Origin: the human T2T-CHM13v2.0 reference genome, Homo sapiens | Assembly: GCF_009914755.1 (NCBI RefSeq) | Contig: NC_060930.1 | Direction: 5' to 3' (one strand) | Length of the DNA: 64,000 nucleotides | In this document: piece after piece, positions 44,522-60,239 of the stretch | Layout of the letters: each line of letters begins with the position of its first letter | How positions within the stretch are numbered: the first letter of the stretch is position 1 | Made by a program: the position numbers and the translations under genes | Notes under the pieces: model-generated | The model's input: the letters and a program-made list of their open reading frames with translations, nothing else | What the model was told of the DNA's origin: nothing | The model's database searches: none

Positions 44522-44961
44522 TGTCACCATCCTGGCTTGCAGTCCATTCCGGGAGCTCACGACATTGCTGTGGGAGCTCAATGAGATGGTGACCCTTCTC
44601 CATTGACCTAATTTCAATGAGGGCATTAAAAATGGAAAATCACAATTTACATGTCATCGAATCTCTTCAGGGAAGAGTGAGAATGTGGCAGCTCTGATGA
44701 TACAGAGGGAAATTGCTTTTAATTTTGAGGTCTTTATCAAGAGAAACTGAAGTTGTATCTATGTCTTGAAAAACAAATCAAAGGTGAGAGGGGAAGTGGC
44801 AAATTCGCACCTTGACTTTGGTCACTGGAAATCTTAGATTACAACAAATGTTGTATACACCAGCCCCCAGACATGACACAAATCTGGCATTTTTAAAGTC
44901 TCTATGTCTAAGTCTCTATGTGAGCCAGTGTAGCCTTTACCTGTAAGGGGTGGGATTTAAG

Positions 44962-45159
44962 CAGCAACATGTTGGAGTTGGCTCACAGAGTCAGTGGTGT
45001 GACTCTCTTCCCAACTCTGCATTCCATTGACAAGACTGGTAGCTTGAAGTCAGACTTGGTGGAAATATTGACACCACAGGAAATGGCAAATGCCACAAAC
45101 CAAGGAGCTTTTTTTTTTTAAGATAGCTAGTTGTTAAATACTTATCAGTATGCCACTAG
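44962..45159 (-). mobile_element. MER63A hAT DNA transposon
   Basis: Reverse complement matches tagtggcatactgataagtatttaacaact...ttcaagctacc...gagttgggaagag. Confidence 0.8.
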
Positions 45160-46272
45160 TTGTAATGAAGGTGAGTATGAGCAACATGAAGGTACCAGGT
45201 GCTCAAGCAGAAAAAGGAAATGATAGGGTTGGAGATGGGAAAATGGTAGAAAAGAGGTCCATAAAAAAAAGAGGCCCAAGACAAAGAATACCACCCCTGC
45301 TTTGCCATTTCTCTTGAACTGTCTCCCCAGATGCCCCTCTCCAGATTCTAGGGCCCTCCTGTTTCACACTCACCTACCACATTCATTCCTATGTCCACCT
45401 GAAACTTGAAATTTATCAGCTATCTCCAAAGACATTTACAAAAGCTGTAGATTTTATTTTCTCACAACTGCTGGGTGTTTTCTCTTCCCAAGTTTTACCC
45501 AGATAAAACTTGTATTAATATATTCCACATTAAATCATCTTTCCAAAATATAATACCATGTATCTTCAAACTGATTTGAATTTTTTATTTTAAAAAAACC
45601 TGTATGAGAATATAGCAATAGTTCATTTTTATTTTTTTCCTATAAAATATAAGAAAACTATTCATCTATGTGTCAAGCTGCTGGTTTTAGAAACCCAATG
45701 CCTGCCTATATTTTATTTTAGTTGCTGAATTAATTGAGTTCTTGAGATGGTGAAAAGTAATAACCTGCTCATAAAAAACCATTATTTCATGCTATTCACT
45801 ACTTTAACTATGACGGACAACCTGAGCTATACTTGAGATGACAGGTATGACTTCTAAATTATTTATTTTTCTTTCTTTGCTTACTAGCAGGTAAATGTTT
45901 TTGTGACACTGGAAAAAATAGAAAGTAAACAATGCAGGAAGTTATAAGCCTGAGACATTAATATAGAGTGCACTCTCTTTAAGACCTTATCTATAGAACT
46001 AAACAGTCAAACAAAATACATGGTATACATTTATTCTGAAAATGTTTGGGTTAGATTTCAATTACCCTATTATTGAAGGGCAAAGACTAAATGAACCATT
46101 GGACTAATTAAATGTTTATTTGGTGACCAAGACTAAACAGTTAATGTTTAATGAAATTATCTGCTTTAAATAACACTTCTTTATAGGATAATAATGAAAG
46201 TGGAAAGTCTTTTCAGATGTGTAATGATAATTAGTTCATCTATATTTCATCTCTATAGACTTTAAAATATAA

Positions 46273-46665
46273 TGTGGTAGATTACATTAATGGCTTCAAT
46301 TCTTCATTTCCCCTTATAGTTACACCCTTTGCCATGAGAATGCAATTATCCCCAGAAAACTGTGTATTTTCCAACTCCTTGACCCTAAGTTCAGTCATGT
46401 AACTTGTTAATAAGTAAAGCATGTGAAAGCTCTTACATGCTTTTACTTGTTTTTCACTTGAGCTTCTGTTGTCACCAAGAAAGAGCATGCCTGGGTTGGC
46501 CTATATTCCCAGTAGGAGGAAGGTAAGCATGAGGTAGAGCTACCTCAGATTAGATTCTCTAGCCAAGCCCAGGCATACCCACAGGCATGTAAGCTACAAC
46601 AGTATATGATTATTATAAGCCATTGAGTTTTAAGGTGATTGGTTACATAAGACAGCTAACTTATA
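46273..46665 (+). mobile_element. MLT1I-like solo LTR
   Basis: tgtggtagattacattaatggc...taagccattgagttttaaggtgattggttac...gctaactta. Confidence 0.75.
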
Positions 46666-47617
46666 TATATGTACTATTACTTCCCATTTTTTTTCTTGAA
46701 AAGTAAAGTTTTATATACACAATAGAATTCCTCATTAATACACAAATAATTTTCAAAATCAGCTAGCATTATAACTTTATAACTATAAACTATAGAATAA
46801 TTTCCTTAAGAATCAACATTATCATGTTACATCATCTATCAAGCTCTGGATTAGTTCAATACAAGAAACATTGACTGACCCATGAACATAATAACAGCAG
46901 ACCCTGGGAACACAGACTTAATGAAGAGCTCTGCACCAGGGCTCACAGTCTATCAAGGGCCTGGTAATGCCAAGACAAAGAGCCAGGGTCTCTACCAAGT
47001 ACTTTCCTATATCCAGTTGTGTTTAATTCTGATTTCTTATGTTGAAAGCATTAGTTTGTATAGATTCACATTTAAAAAGACTTGGAGTTTACAAAGGTCT
47101 TCAAAGATTCTGATACTATGCAATATCTGAAGATTTTAGACAGATAAGGAGATAAAATTGAAAGGCAGTTATCACTTAAATCCTAGAAGAAAACACAGGA
47201 AAAAAAATCAGTGTATTTTTATAGCGATGGTGCTAAGACTGAACTCTTTCCACTAACAATAAATTTTGACTAAATTTTTTTCTTTCCTCCATAGCTGCTG
47301 GGAGTTTTCTCTTCCCAATTTCCCCAGAAAAGCCATGAGTTCAGTGTGTGATAAGAGAGCAACAGACATTACTCTGGGAGCTGTGAAGGGATTTGGGTAA
47401 ACAAATATGAAAGAAGATTAATTTTTAAAAACCCTTTTCAGATAACTTTCTGTGTAAATATGATCTTATATTCAAAATCCACAGTAATTTCATCAACAAT
47501 GAAATAACAGTCTTAATCATTTCTTAATGCTAATTTCCCTTGTAGATAAGCCTTACAAATTTCTTTCCTACAAAAATGTTCTTAAACAGCTAACCCTGCT
47601 AAATCCAAGAGATTTTC

Positions 47618-48028
47618 TGTCTTCGTCTGTTTTTCATTGTTATAGCAGAATACCTGATACTGGGTAATTTAGAAAGAAAAGAGGTTTATTTGACTCACAA
47701 TTGTGGAGGCTGGGAAGTCCAAGAAGCATGGCACCAGCATCTGCTCAGGTGAGGGCCTCATACTGCATCACAACATAGCAGAGAAGCAGAAGGGGAAGCA
47801 GATGTGTGTGAAAGGGACCAAACATGAAAAAAAGGCTCTGGCTTGAAAATAATTTGCTCTCATGGGAATTAATCCATTTCAGCAAGAACTAACCCAGTCT
47901 CATGAGATTAATCCACTTTAACAACCTAATCTCCTCTTAAAGCCACCCCCCACAAAACCACCATATTAGGAAAGAACTCTTAACATGAGTGAGTTTTGGT
48001 GGGGACAAACTATATTCAAGCCATAGCA
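47618..48028 (-). mobile_element. MSTB1/2-like solo LTR
   Basis: tgtcttcgtctgtt...ctgggtaatttagaaagaaaagaggtttattt...caagccatagca. Confidence 0.88.
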
Positions 48029-48104
48029 GTTGTTTATACGATATTTTTTAATATTATTTTCTCCAAGACAAAAACTATGATTATCTTAATAAGAAAATTT
48101 AAGT

Positions 48105-48330
48105 AAAATAATAACAGCGGTTCAACGTATTTCACATGTTTAAATGTATAAAATTATTACAACCACCTTGTGATATAGGTGCTAGTACCATCTCCTTTTA
48201 TAAAAAAGGAGACTGGGACATGGAATGGTCTAAGTAAGTTGCTCAGGGTCACAGAGCTAATAAATAGTAGAGCCAGAATTTAAAGCAGAAAATCTGGCTC
48301 CAGAGTCTTTGCTTAGACTGCTAGGCTGGA
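48105..48330 (-). mobile_element. MIR
   Basis: aagtaagttgctcagggtcacagagctaataaatagtagagccagaattt...tctggctccagagtc. Confidence 0.82.
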
Positions 48331-48442
48331 CTGCCTGGCCCAGCCCTCAAAGAAACAAAAAACTGCCTGGCCCTTCCCTGCTGCATATCCTTTTAATGTA
48401 TTCAGATTGACTCACTAACACTTAACAAAAATATTGGGGCTG

Positions 48443-51297
<2,855 letters not shown>

Positions 51298-51319
51298 CTA
51301 TTGGGGCTGAGTGGGTGGG

Positions 51320-51740
51320 GGGAGCATTTTATGCACAAGGCACTGTGCATAAGGCACTGGAAATACCACATAAACAAGGCCAACAGAATACTTGCCTTGA
51401 TGGGCTTATAGTCTAGTAAAGAAAGTAACTAAATAAACAAACAAGTAGTTAAAATGTAAAGAAGGTAATCTAGTCTAGAGGTTACAAAAGACCTCCCAGA
51501 GGAAGTGGCACTTAAATTGAGATCTGAAAGATGAGTAAGAGTTAGCAAAAGTGGTAAATGTCATTAGCAAAGGCCATCAGCAAGAGAAAACCCAAGAGCA
51601 GTCTGGTGTCTGATTTGTGCTGCAAGAGGAAGAAAATGACAAGAGATGAATCAAAGAGGCTGGGATTTATCCTGAAAATAACAGAAACTGTTAAAGAGTT
51701 TAAGGAGGAGAGTCACATGATTAGATGTACATCCTAAAAA
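51320..51740 (-). mobile_element. L2 fragment
   Basis: cttgccttgatgggcttatagtctagt...ctcccagaggaagtggcacttaaattgagatctgaaagatgagtaagagttagc. Confidence 0.75.
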
Positions 51741-52186
51741 CAAGTGTGTCAAAGAGCACCCCTGGATACCTTCCATTTCTGGCACAAACTGCCCATCCCT
51801 AAGCATCTATTACGCTTCTGATGTTAAGCAGCCTCCATTCTCTCCCACTCTGATCTTACCTCTCCCTTCAGTATTCCCTAAGAAAGCTAATGCTATGCCT
51901 TGTGAAAACTGTCAGAATAAAACTGAGGTCACTTGTGTGTTTAAAAAGCAAACACACTGACAAATAGAGATGGAGAAGGCCATGAAGAGAGGGTTCTCGT
52001 GCTTATATGCCTGATAATAAGAACTATCATAAAAGACTACACAAAACACAACCTTGCATAAAGGCCATCGCAACCTTACAGCAAAAATACTTCTGCAAGG
52101 ACATTGGCCCAGCAACTGCCTGTCCGAGCTCAGACTGGTGTCACCCTTATTATGAATCTTTGTGGCCAAGAAAAACTATTTTGAAA
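51741..52186 (+). repeat. Local direct duplication, derived copy of 54753-55198 (160 bp flank plus truncated LTR)
   Basis: About 21 substitutions and no indels over 446 bp; offset 3012 bp. Confidence 0.97.
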
Positions 52187-52604
52187 TACTTGGGGCAGGG
52201 TGGCCTATGCCCCTTTTCTTACAAGCTCAGAAGAGGAAGATCCCCATCATCTCCCTTGTCATACCCAAATAAACTTGTATGGAGTCTTCCAGCAAAGGCC
52301 CACAAATGCCACATTCTGTCATAGTTTTGTCTGCTCTGGTTCCTCCCATCTTAAAACAAAAACAAAAAACAAAATACAAAACAAAACAAAACAAAAACTC
52401 TCTTGATCCCTCAGCCCCTCCAGGTTCCATCCCATTTCCCTCCTTTCTCTCACTCTTCATCCACCCCAGTCTGACAAATTTTGCACTTCATTCTCTTGGC
52501 TTCTGTGACTTTTTAAACTGCAGGTTTTACTCATACCTCATCAGCTTCTCCTTCAGGGCATCCTTTGCTGGCTCCTCTTTTTTCCAAGGCTCAAACTCCA
52601 ATTG

Positions 52605-52919
52605 TTTTTGGTTTTGGTTTTGGTTGTGCTTTGTTTCTGAGACAGGTTCTCTCTCTGTCACCCAGGCTGGAGTGCAGTAGCACAATCATGGCTCACTGCA
52701 GCCTGGACCTCCTGGACTCAAGCGATCCTCCCACCTCAGCTTCCTAAGTAGCTGGGACCACAGATGCGCACCACCACACCTGGCTAATTTTTATTTTTTT
52801 GTAAAGATGGGGTTTCTCCATGTTGCCCAGACTAGTCTGAAACTCCTAGACTCAAGCGATCCGCCTGTCTTGGCCTCCCGAAATGCTGGGATTACAAGCG
52901 TGAGCCACCGCATCCGGCC
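52605..52919 (-). mobile_element. AluJ
   Basis: J diagnostics (cactgcagcc, ctcaagcgatcctcccacctcagc, gttgcccag); TSD tcaaactcca(a/g)ttg at 52591-52604 and 52920-52933. Confidence 0.93.
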
Positions 52920-53161
52920 TCAAACTCCAGTTGCTGGTGTGCACAGGAATGCTATGCTCCCTTGGCTTTTCCACCTGCACTCCATTCCAAGCTGATCTCT
53001 TGACAGACGGATGCCTTTAAATATAGTCGAGATGCAAGTGACCCCCAAATGGATATCTCCAACCTGACATCTCCTGCATTTTCATTTTGCATCCAACCCC
53101 GAAAGTTAGGTGGCCAGTGCTGTACTCAGTACATGAGTGCTAAACTCATCAATGAGACAAG

Positions 53162-53484
53162 TGTTAAAAGATAAACTGAGGCACATTAAAAATTTTAAGA
53201 GTTTATTTGAGCAACAGTAGTTAATTATTGGTTTGGGCTCTGCTGGAGGAATTTGAAAGAAAGGCTTTTATAGTGTGAATGCAGACACAGAGCATAGAAA
53301 TTATTTGATTAAAGTTTGTACTTTCGCTTTATTTGGACCATTTTGGTGGGAATCCCTGATGATATAGTTAATGCTCCGTTGGTCACTTGCGATTTCCTGT
53401 GCTTAAATTTCATTTTGTTTACAGAGAAACTCAGGGCATTAAAGCCACCTCAGTCTAATGACCCTCCATTTAACTATTTTAACA
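53162..53484 (-). mobile_element. MER93-like LTR
   Basis: Reverse complement starts tgttaaaatagttaaatggagggtcattagactgaggtggctttaatgccctgag. Confidence 0.75.
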
Positions 53485-54752
53485 GAAGAAATAAAGGATC
53501 TATAGTGTTGGATTTTATGTCTTTAACTTTCACAGAGAAGCGTTTGTAAATTTCACAGATTCTCTCCCATGCAGATTAACAGGGAAATACTTTCCAAAGA
53601 AAATCACAATTGTTTCCCAGGAAAAAATCCACTGTATTAAAACAGTAACTCAGAAAGCAGTCGCATAATTCTGTATGCTATTTTAACCTTTAGGACTTTA
53701 TCACAAACCTTTTATGCTTATCAAACTACAGAAGGCAGATAAAATGACATGTGATAGCTGGGATGACCTTTCTCTAACATTTGTTTTTTTGGTTCTAAGG
53801 AATGCTTTTAGCAGAGATGTCTATTCCAGTTTTTCCTTAAAATGAACATGAATTCCTTTCATTTTAAGTTATAATAAAAACTTCATATTTTATGCCCCCA
53901 ATTTCTCGGAAGCCTTCTGAAGCCATAGTTTTTGAGCCTATGGACCGTGGCATGCTTTTAAAGCCAATAAATGACCACCCCTTGCCCTCACCAAATTTCC
54001 TTACTAATTTCACTCTCTTTTTTACCTTGTTAAATACTGTAATTCTGGTTTTTAAGTTTTTAATAACAGAATTTGCTTTGTGATTGTGATTTTTCTTCTA
54101 GCCTTACACTTACTATGATGGTTCAATAATATCCTTTCTCTATTGCCTCTTTTAATAGTTATGCTGTTATTGTCTCCTGCCCTGCTGTGGCCCTGGACTA
54201 CAGGTCAGGGGAAAGAGACTGGAATTCGAAAGGCAGAGACCTACTTTCTAATCTTGGCTATGCTGCCAGTTAGCCACCTAACCTTAGTATATAAAATTAC
54301 TAGTATTTTTTAAATGAAGAAACTGAGATCCATGGGATTATATGACTTGTCTGATTACAAAAAGCTAAAGAAACAACACAAATTGTAGACACTGTTATTT
54401 TCATCCTCATTCCATAGATCAGTCAATTGTGGCTTCCATTTCCTTACTCCTTCAGTAATAAAACTTGGTCAACTCCTAAATGTAGGCAAGATCTTATGCT
54501 CTGAGTTTAACAAATGAGGGAGTTCCAATCTTCTCTCCTCTCAGACCTAGCAACAAAACTCTCCCTCCTTGAGCTCTCCTCCATGGCCAACTAAGGGGAT
54601 TAGCCCCTGATTTAGGGGTACCTGTATGCTTGCTAGCAAAGAATCCTGTTTGTTCTCTAAGTCACCCAAGCTAATAAAAGCCCCCAGATAGTACATTTTG
54701 TGTGAATACTACCTAAGACTGAAGTTGCTGATAAGTTGGGAATATGATCAAG

Positions 54753-55198
54753 CAAGTGTGTCAAAGAGTACCCCCGGATACCTTCCATTTCTGGCACAAA
54801 CTGCCCCTCCCTAAGCATCTATTAGGCTTCTGCTGTAAAGCAGCCTCCATTCTCTCCCGCTCTGATGTTACCTCTCCCTTCAGTATTCTCTAGGAAAGCT
54901 AACGCTATGCCTTGTGAAAACTGTCAGAATAAAACTGAGGTCACTTGTGTGTTTAAAAAACAAACAAACTGACAGATAGAGATGGAGAAGGCCATGAAGA
55001 GAGGGTTCTCGTGCTTGTATGCCTGATAATAAGAACTATCATAAAAGACTACACAAAACACAACCTTGCATAAAGGCCATCGCAACCTTCCAGCAAAAAT
55101 ACTTCTGCAAGGACATTGGCCCAGCAACTGCCTGTCCAAGCTCAGACTGGAGTCACCCTTATTATGAATCGTTGTGGCCAAGAGAAACTATTTTAAAA
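54753..55198 (+). repeat. Local direct duplication, parental copy of 51741-52186
   Basis: The LTR continues to its 3' end only in this copy. Confidence 0.97.
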
Positions 55199-55360
55199 CA
55201 ATTATGTAATCCTCATTTTTCCTTTAAAAACCTTTGTCTTTCTTTACCTCTCTGAATATGCACACAGATTACTATGGTACACATATTCCCACAGCAATGC
55301 TCTGTTACCAAATAAAAATCTTTTCTTTCAGAGAGCCTCTCTCTGTTATTTCAGCTGACG
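54913..55360 (+). mobile_element. Solo LTR, LTR47-like (family name tentative)
   Basis: tgtgaaaactgtcagaataaaactgaggtcac...aataaaaatcttttctttcagagagcctctctctgttatttcagctgacg; no clear TSD. Confidence 0.7.
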
Positions 55361-55784
55361 AGGAATGGACAGAGATTAGGAGTACAGCATTTGGTCTGTG
55401 GGGCAAGGCTGCGTTGGGCTAATTCTTCCCAGCCCCTTTTCTTCCCTTGTCCCTAGTCCATTTTCCCTTCCAGAGTAAAGCCCTCCCATCTCCTAGAGGC
55501 CAGTGAGGTTTTCACTGCCTTTGCCTGCCGTCTGACCCTCCTATTCATTATCTCAAATTGCCACTCTTTCTATACTGCCAACCACTGAAAACTTCAAATT
55601 GCATTCCCTGAATCTCAGCTAGACGGTGGAAGGAAAACAATTTAATTCCATTAATTCACATCATTTATTCATTCATTCCATTTGCATTTCTTGAGAGATC
55701 CTGTGATTAAGATATCATTCAACGCATTTCTTACGTTTATGTCAAATGATGAACGGTTAATATGATATAGAAAGATGAATGTAA

Positions 55785-56137
<353 letters not shown>

Positions 56138-57720
56138 AGGAGATTTATAAATAGAGTTATCCAACTCCCAAAAGTGTTGTCAACCCAAATGATTTTCAGT
56201 TGGTAAAATTTTAAACTCTGTGATGTGTGGATGCAATAGGAAGAAGGAGGGAGTAACTGATGGTGGAAAAGAGACAGTTACCTAAATTTTACCGTCAGGC
56301 TATACTCTCCTTCTGTCTATAAAGAACCAGGGAGTATAAGAGGGAAAAGTGTTCGCAAATCAATTTCCTCTCCCAAAGGGGAGTTAAGAGTTGCATCAAA
56401 TTCCCTTTTAGCCACCATGCATTTTATTACTGTAACCCAGCAGATAGCCCTAGACTCTGTGATAGGGAGTAAAGTGGCCTAGATAGGTGGTGCAGAGGAA
56501 ATGAATTCCTTGTACAATAGGAATGGAATCATTCTCGTCTTTGTGTCCATAACAGGACCAAGCACAGCATCTTGTGTAAAATCAATTATTGATGAATTGA
56601 TTTTCTACTGGAGGAACTCTCAAAAGCATACTCAGCTATAGGACAGTCCTCCTTGACTCCCACAATGCAGCCTACAATAACCCTCAGTGCAATGCTTTTA
56701 TAGCCCAATGAAATGGGACAACTATCTTTACACAAGGACAGGTACCATTCTGCCTTATGGTATACTAGGTTCTGCCCTGGGCCACCTACCAAGAGCCTGG
56801 AGCAGAAGCATCATCCCTAATCAAAAAGCATACAAGACCACAGCACCTGGGTCTCTTGGTTATGGCCCAGAGCAAGTTTGGCATCTTCTCAGGTCCCTTT
56901 TCCATTTATTCGGCAGCCCCCACATTTACCTGGGTTGACCCTGTAAAAGAAGGCTAGTTAGAGTCATTTCCATAAGCAGATTTCTACTGCCATGGAAGTT
57001 ACTTGCAGCTCAGTAGTAATTATGAGCCAATACACTTTGTTGTAAGTTATATCTGATTACAATACTAAATCCCTTTACATTGTCTGAGTCTCATAATGTA
57101 CTGGTTATCTATTACAATTTTTTGTTGTTTCAAGGACATACTGATTTGAGTTCAATTAGGGATGTTGGTAGTATCTCCTTTTTTAAGAGAACTATCTACA
57201 GTGCACCAGTAATGATATTTCAAAGGTAGAAAATGTCATAAAAGAAGTGCTTTCTTAAGAACAAGAAAAAAGAAAAGGTGTGCCATTTAAGAACAACGGT
57301 TATGTTTATGTTTAATTTTTTGTGTTAGAACTTGACATCATCCATCAACAAACTAACACATCTGAAAAATTTAAACAAAGAGGCTAAGAAAGAGTAATTG
57401 TGATACTCCCTAATACAGCTACTTTTATATCTTTAGACAATTTCATTTTAGATCACATTTATGTGTGTCTTCATTTACTTGTAAGCTGCCAGATTACACT
57501 AAAGCAGCAATTAGCTATTCAAAAACAGAATTTTGTATCATGTTAAGCATGATAAAATACTGACCTTTGTGTTCCTTTTTATAATGACCTTGTCATTCTA
57601 AAATGACTTAACAAAAAACGTCTCTATCAGTCTAAGTAAAATTTCACATTTTAGTGTTATTTTGGTAATGCTGGAGAGGAAAGGTATTCTTAAAATATGA
57701 TAAATATTCTGATTGTGAAC

Positions 57721-58010
<290 letters not shown>

Positions 58011-58251
58011 CTGATTGTGAACTTTTGATTTGTGAGTCTGAACTTTTAATCAGATGGAGTCATGTGAGTGACAAACCATTAAATTCAAAGGGAGTAACTA
58101 GTGGGTTGAGGGAGAAATTTCTGACACTTCAACAACCTTGAGTAATAGCGATCCCCAAGTGATTGCAACAGAGCCCTCAAATCATCAGGTCCTGGTTATG
58201 AAGTTTCTGGATCCTTTTTCCTTTGCAGCAGCTTGAAAAATGCAAACATTT

Positions 58252-58620
58252 TGTATTAGTCCATTTTTACACTGCTATAAAGATACTACCTGTGACTGGG
58301 TAATTTATAAACAAAGAGGCTTTATTGACTCACAGTTCAGCATGGCTGGGGAAGCCTCAGGAAACTTACAGTCATGGCGGAAGGCAAAGGGGAAGCAGGC
58401 ACCTTCTTCATAAGGTGGCAGGAAGGAGAGAAAAAGAGCAAAGGGAAAGTGCCACACTTTAAAACCATCAGCTCTTGTGAGAACTCACTCATTATGATGA
58501 GAACAGCCTGAGAGAAACCGCCCCCATAATCCAATCACCTCCCACCAGGACCCTTTCTCAAAATGTGGGGATTACAATTCGAGATGAGATTTTGTGGGAA
58601 CGCAGAGCCAAACTATATCA
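58252..58620 (-). mobile_element. THE1D (or MSTA-like) solo LTR
   Basis: tgtattagtccatttt...gcagagccaaactatatca; TSD CATTT at 58247-58251 and 58621-58625. Confidence 0.92.
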
Positions 58621-59092
58621 CATTTCAAACTTGAGAACCTGAACTCTGAACTTGCCATCTAAAATAACTGAAATGGAAAGATCATTTTTCAAACCACTTA
58701 CTGTAAAATTCAAGAAGCTCGAAGCATCTGCTTTGCAGTAGGGTTTAGTTTTAAAGTGAAATACTGTCTCTCTTAACAGTTTGCTTTTGTAAAGGGGGAT
58801 AAAAATCCTCAAATTATAATATATATTAAGGCTTTACAATCAAAAGAGAAAGATTTTAAAATCTACTACTGCTAGGAATAAATAAAATCTTTCAAATACT
58901 TTTCAAAATAACCCCTCCCCTTCAAAACCCTCTAACCACCTATATTACAATTCAAACTCAAAATAGTTCAGGGGGAAATTTTGCTTGAGATGGATGACAT
59001 AGCAAATATAGAAAGAATAAGGCTAGGTAAACTATGTCCATGTACAAACTATAACAACCAACTAACAGCTATTGAGTGCCTATGAACAAAAC

Positions 59093-59670
59093 ACAGTACT
59101 ATTCACAATAGCCAAGCTATCAAGATAGGGAATCAACTTGTGTCCATCAACAGATGAATAAATAAAACAAATTCTCTCTCTCATATATATATATTCAATA
59201 TATGCATATCAATATATACAGATGAATATATATTCAATATTTATAGAGATATATATTTATAAATATATATTTAATATTTATAGATATAAATATTGAATAT
59301 ATGTGATATATATTGAATCGATATATGTGTGTGTGTATATATATATATTTATTTATTTATCTCATATGAGATGGAATACTATTCAGCCTTAAGTAAGAAG
59401 GAAATTCTGTCACAGTGACAACATGGATAAACCTAGAGGACATTGTTAAGTGAAATAAGCCAGGCACAGAAAGACGAATACCACATGATCTCATTTATAT
59501 GTAGAGTGTAAAAAGGTTGAACTCAAATTAACAGACAGTATAATGGTGGTTACCATGGACTGGGATGGGTGTGAAGAGGAAGAAAGGATTAGGGAGATAT
59601 TGGCCAAATGATACAATGTTTTAGTTAGATAGGAGAAATAAGATCAAGAGATTTTTTCAATACAAAATGG
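59093..59670 (+). mobile_element. L1MA7/8-like 3' fragment with a TA-rich expansion (59172-59365)
   Basis: tattcacaatagccaag...gtgaaataagccaggcacagaaagac...ttagataggagaaataag. Confidence 0.85.
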
Positions 59671-60236
59671 ATGCACATGTTTTTGGTGTATGTGATAATT
59701 TAATACATTCATATAATTTGCAAATATCAATTCAGTGTAATTGGGATATCCATTATCTTACATATTTGTCTTTGTTTTATGCTGGAAACATTCAAATTAT
59801 CCTCTTCTATCTATTTTGAAATATGCAATAAACTGTGGTAAACTATATTCACCTACTCATCTATCAAAAATTAGGTCTTATTTCTTCTATCCAATTATTG
59901 TATATTTGTACCCATTAATCAACCTCTCTTTATCTTCCCATTATCCTTCCCAGCCTCTGGAAGCAGCAATCTACCCTCTATCTTCACGAGATCCACTGTT
60001 TTAGCTCCCACACGAGTGAGAACATGCAATATTTGTCTTTCTGTGCTTGGCTTATTTCACTTAAAATAATGACCTCTAGGTCCATCCATGTTGCTGCAAA
60101 TGACAGGATTTTATTCTTCCTATGCCTGAATAATATTCCATTGTGTATATATATCACACTTTATTCATTCATCCATTGATGAGCACTTAGGTTGATTTCA
60201 ATATTTTGACTATCATGAATAGTGCTGCAATAAACA
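59671..60236 (-). mobile_element. L1MA3/4-like 3' fragment
   Basis: gtgtaattgggatatccatt...ttagctcccacacgagtgagaacatgc...atagtgctgcaataaaca. Confidence 0.85.
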
Positions 60237-60239
60237 AAG

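Noticed and set aside
51912-55255. Paired near-identical ORFs (85 aa minus; 105/78 aa plus) resembling duplicated genes
   Set aside because: They lie inside the duplicated LTR sequence; the similarity reflects DNA duplication, not coding conservation
51901-55360. Two similar LTRs as a proviral 5'/3' pair
   Set aside because: Shared upstream flank, truncated first copy, and intervening L2/Alu/MER93/MIR rather than ERV internal sequence
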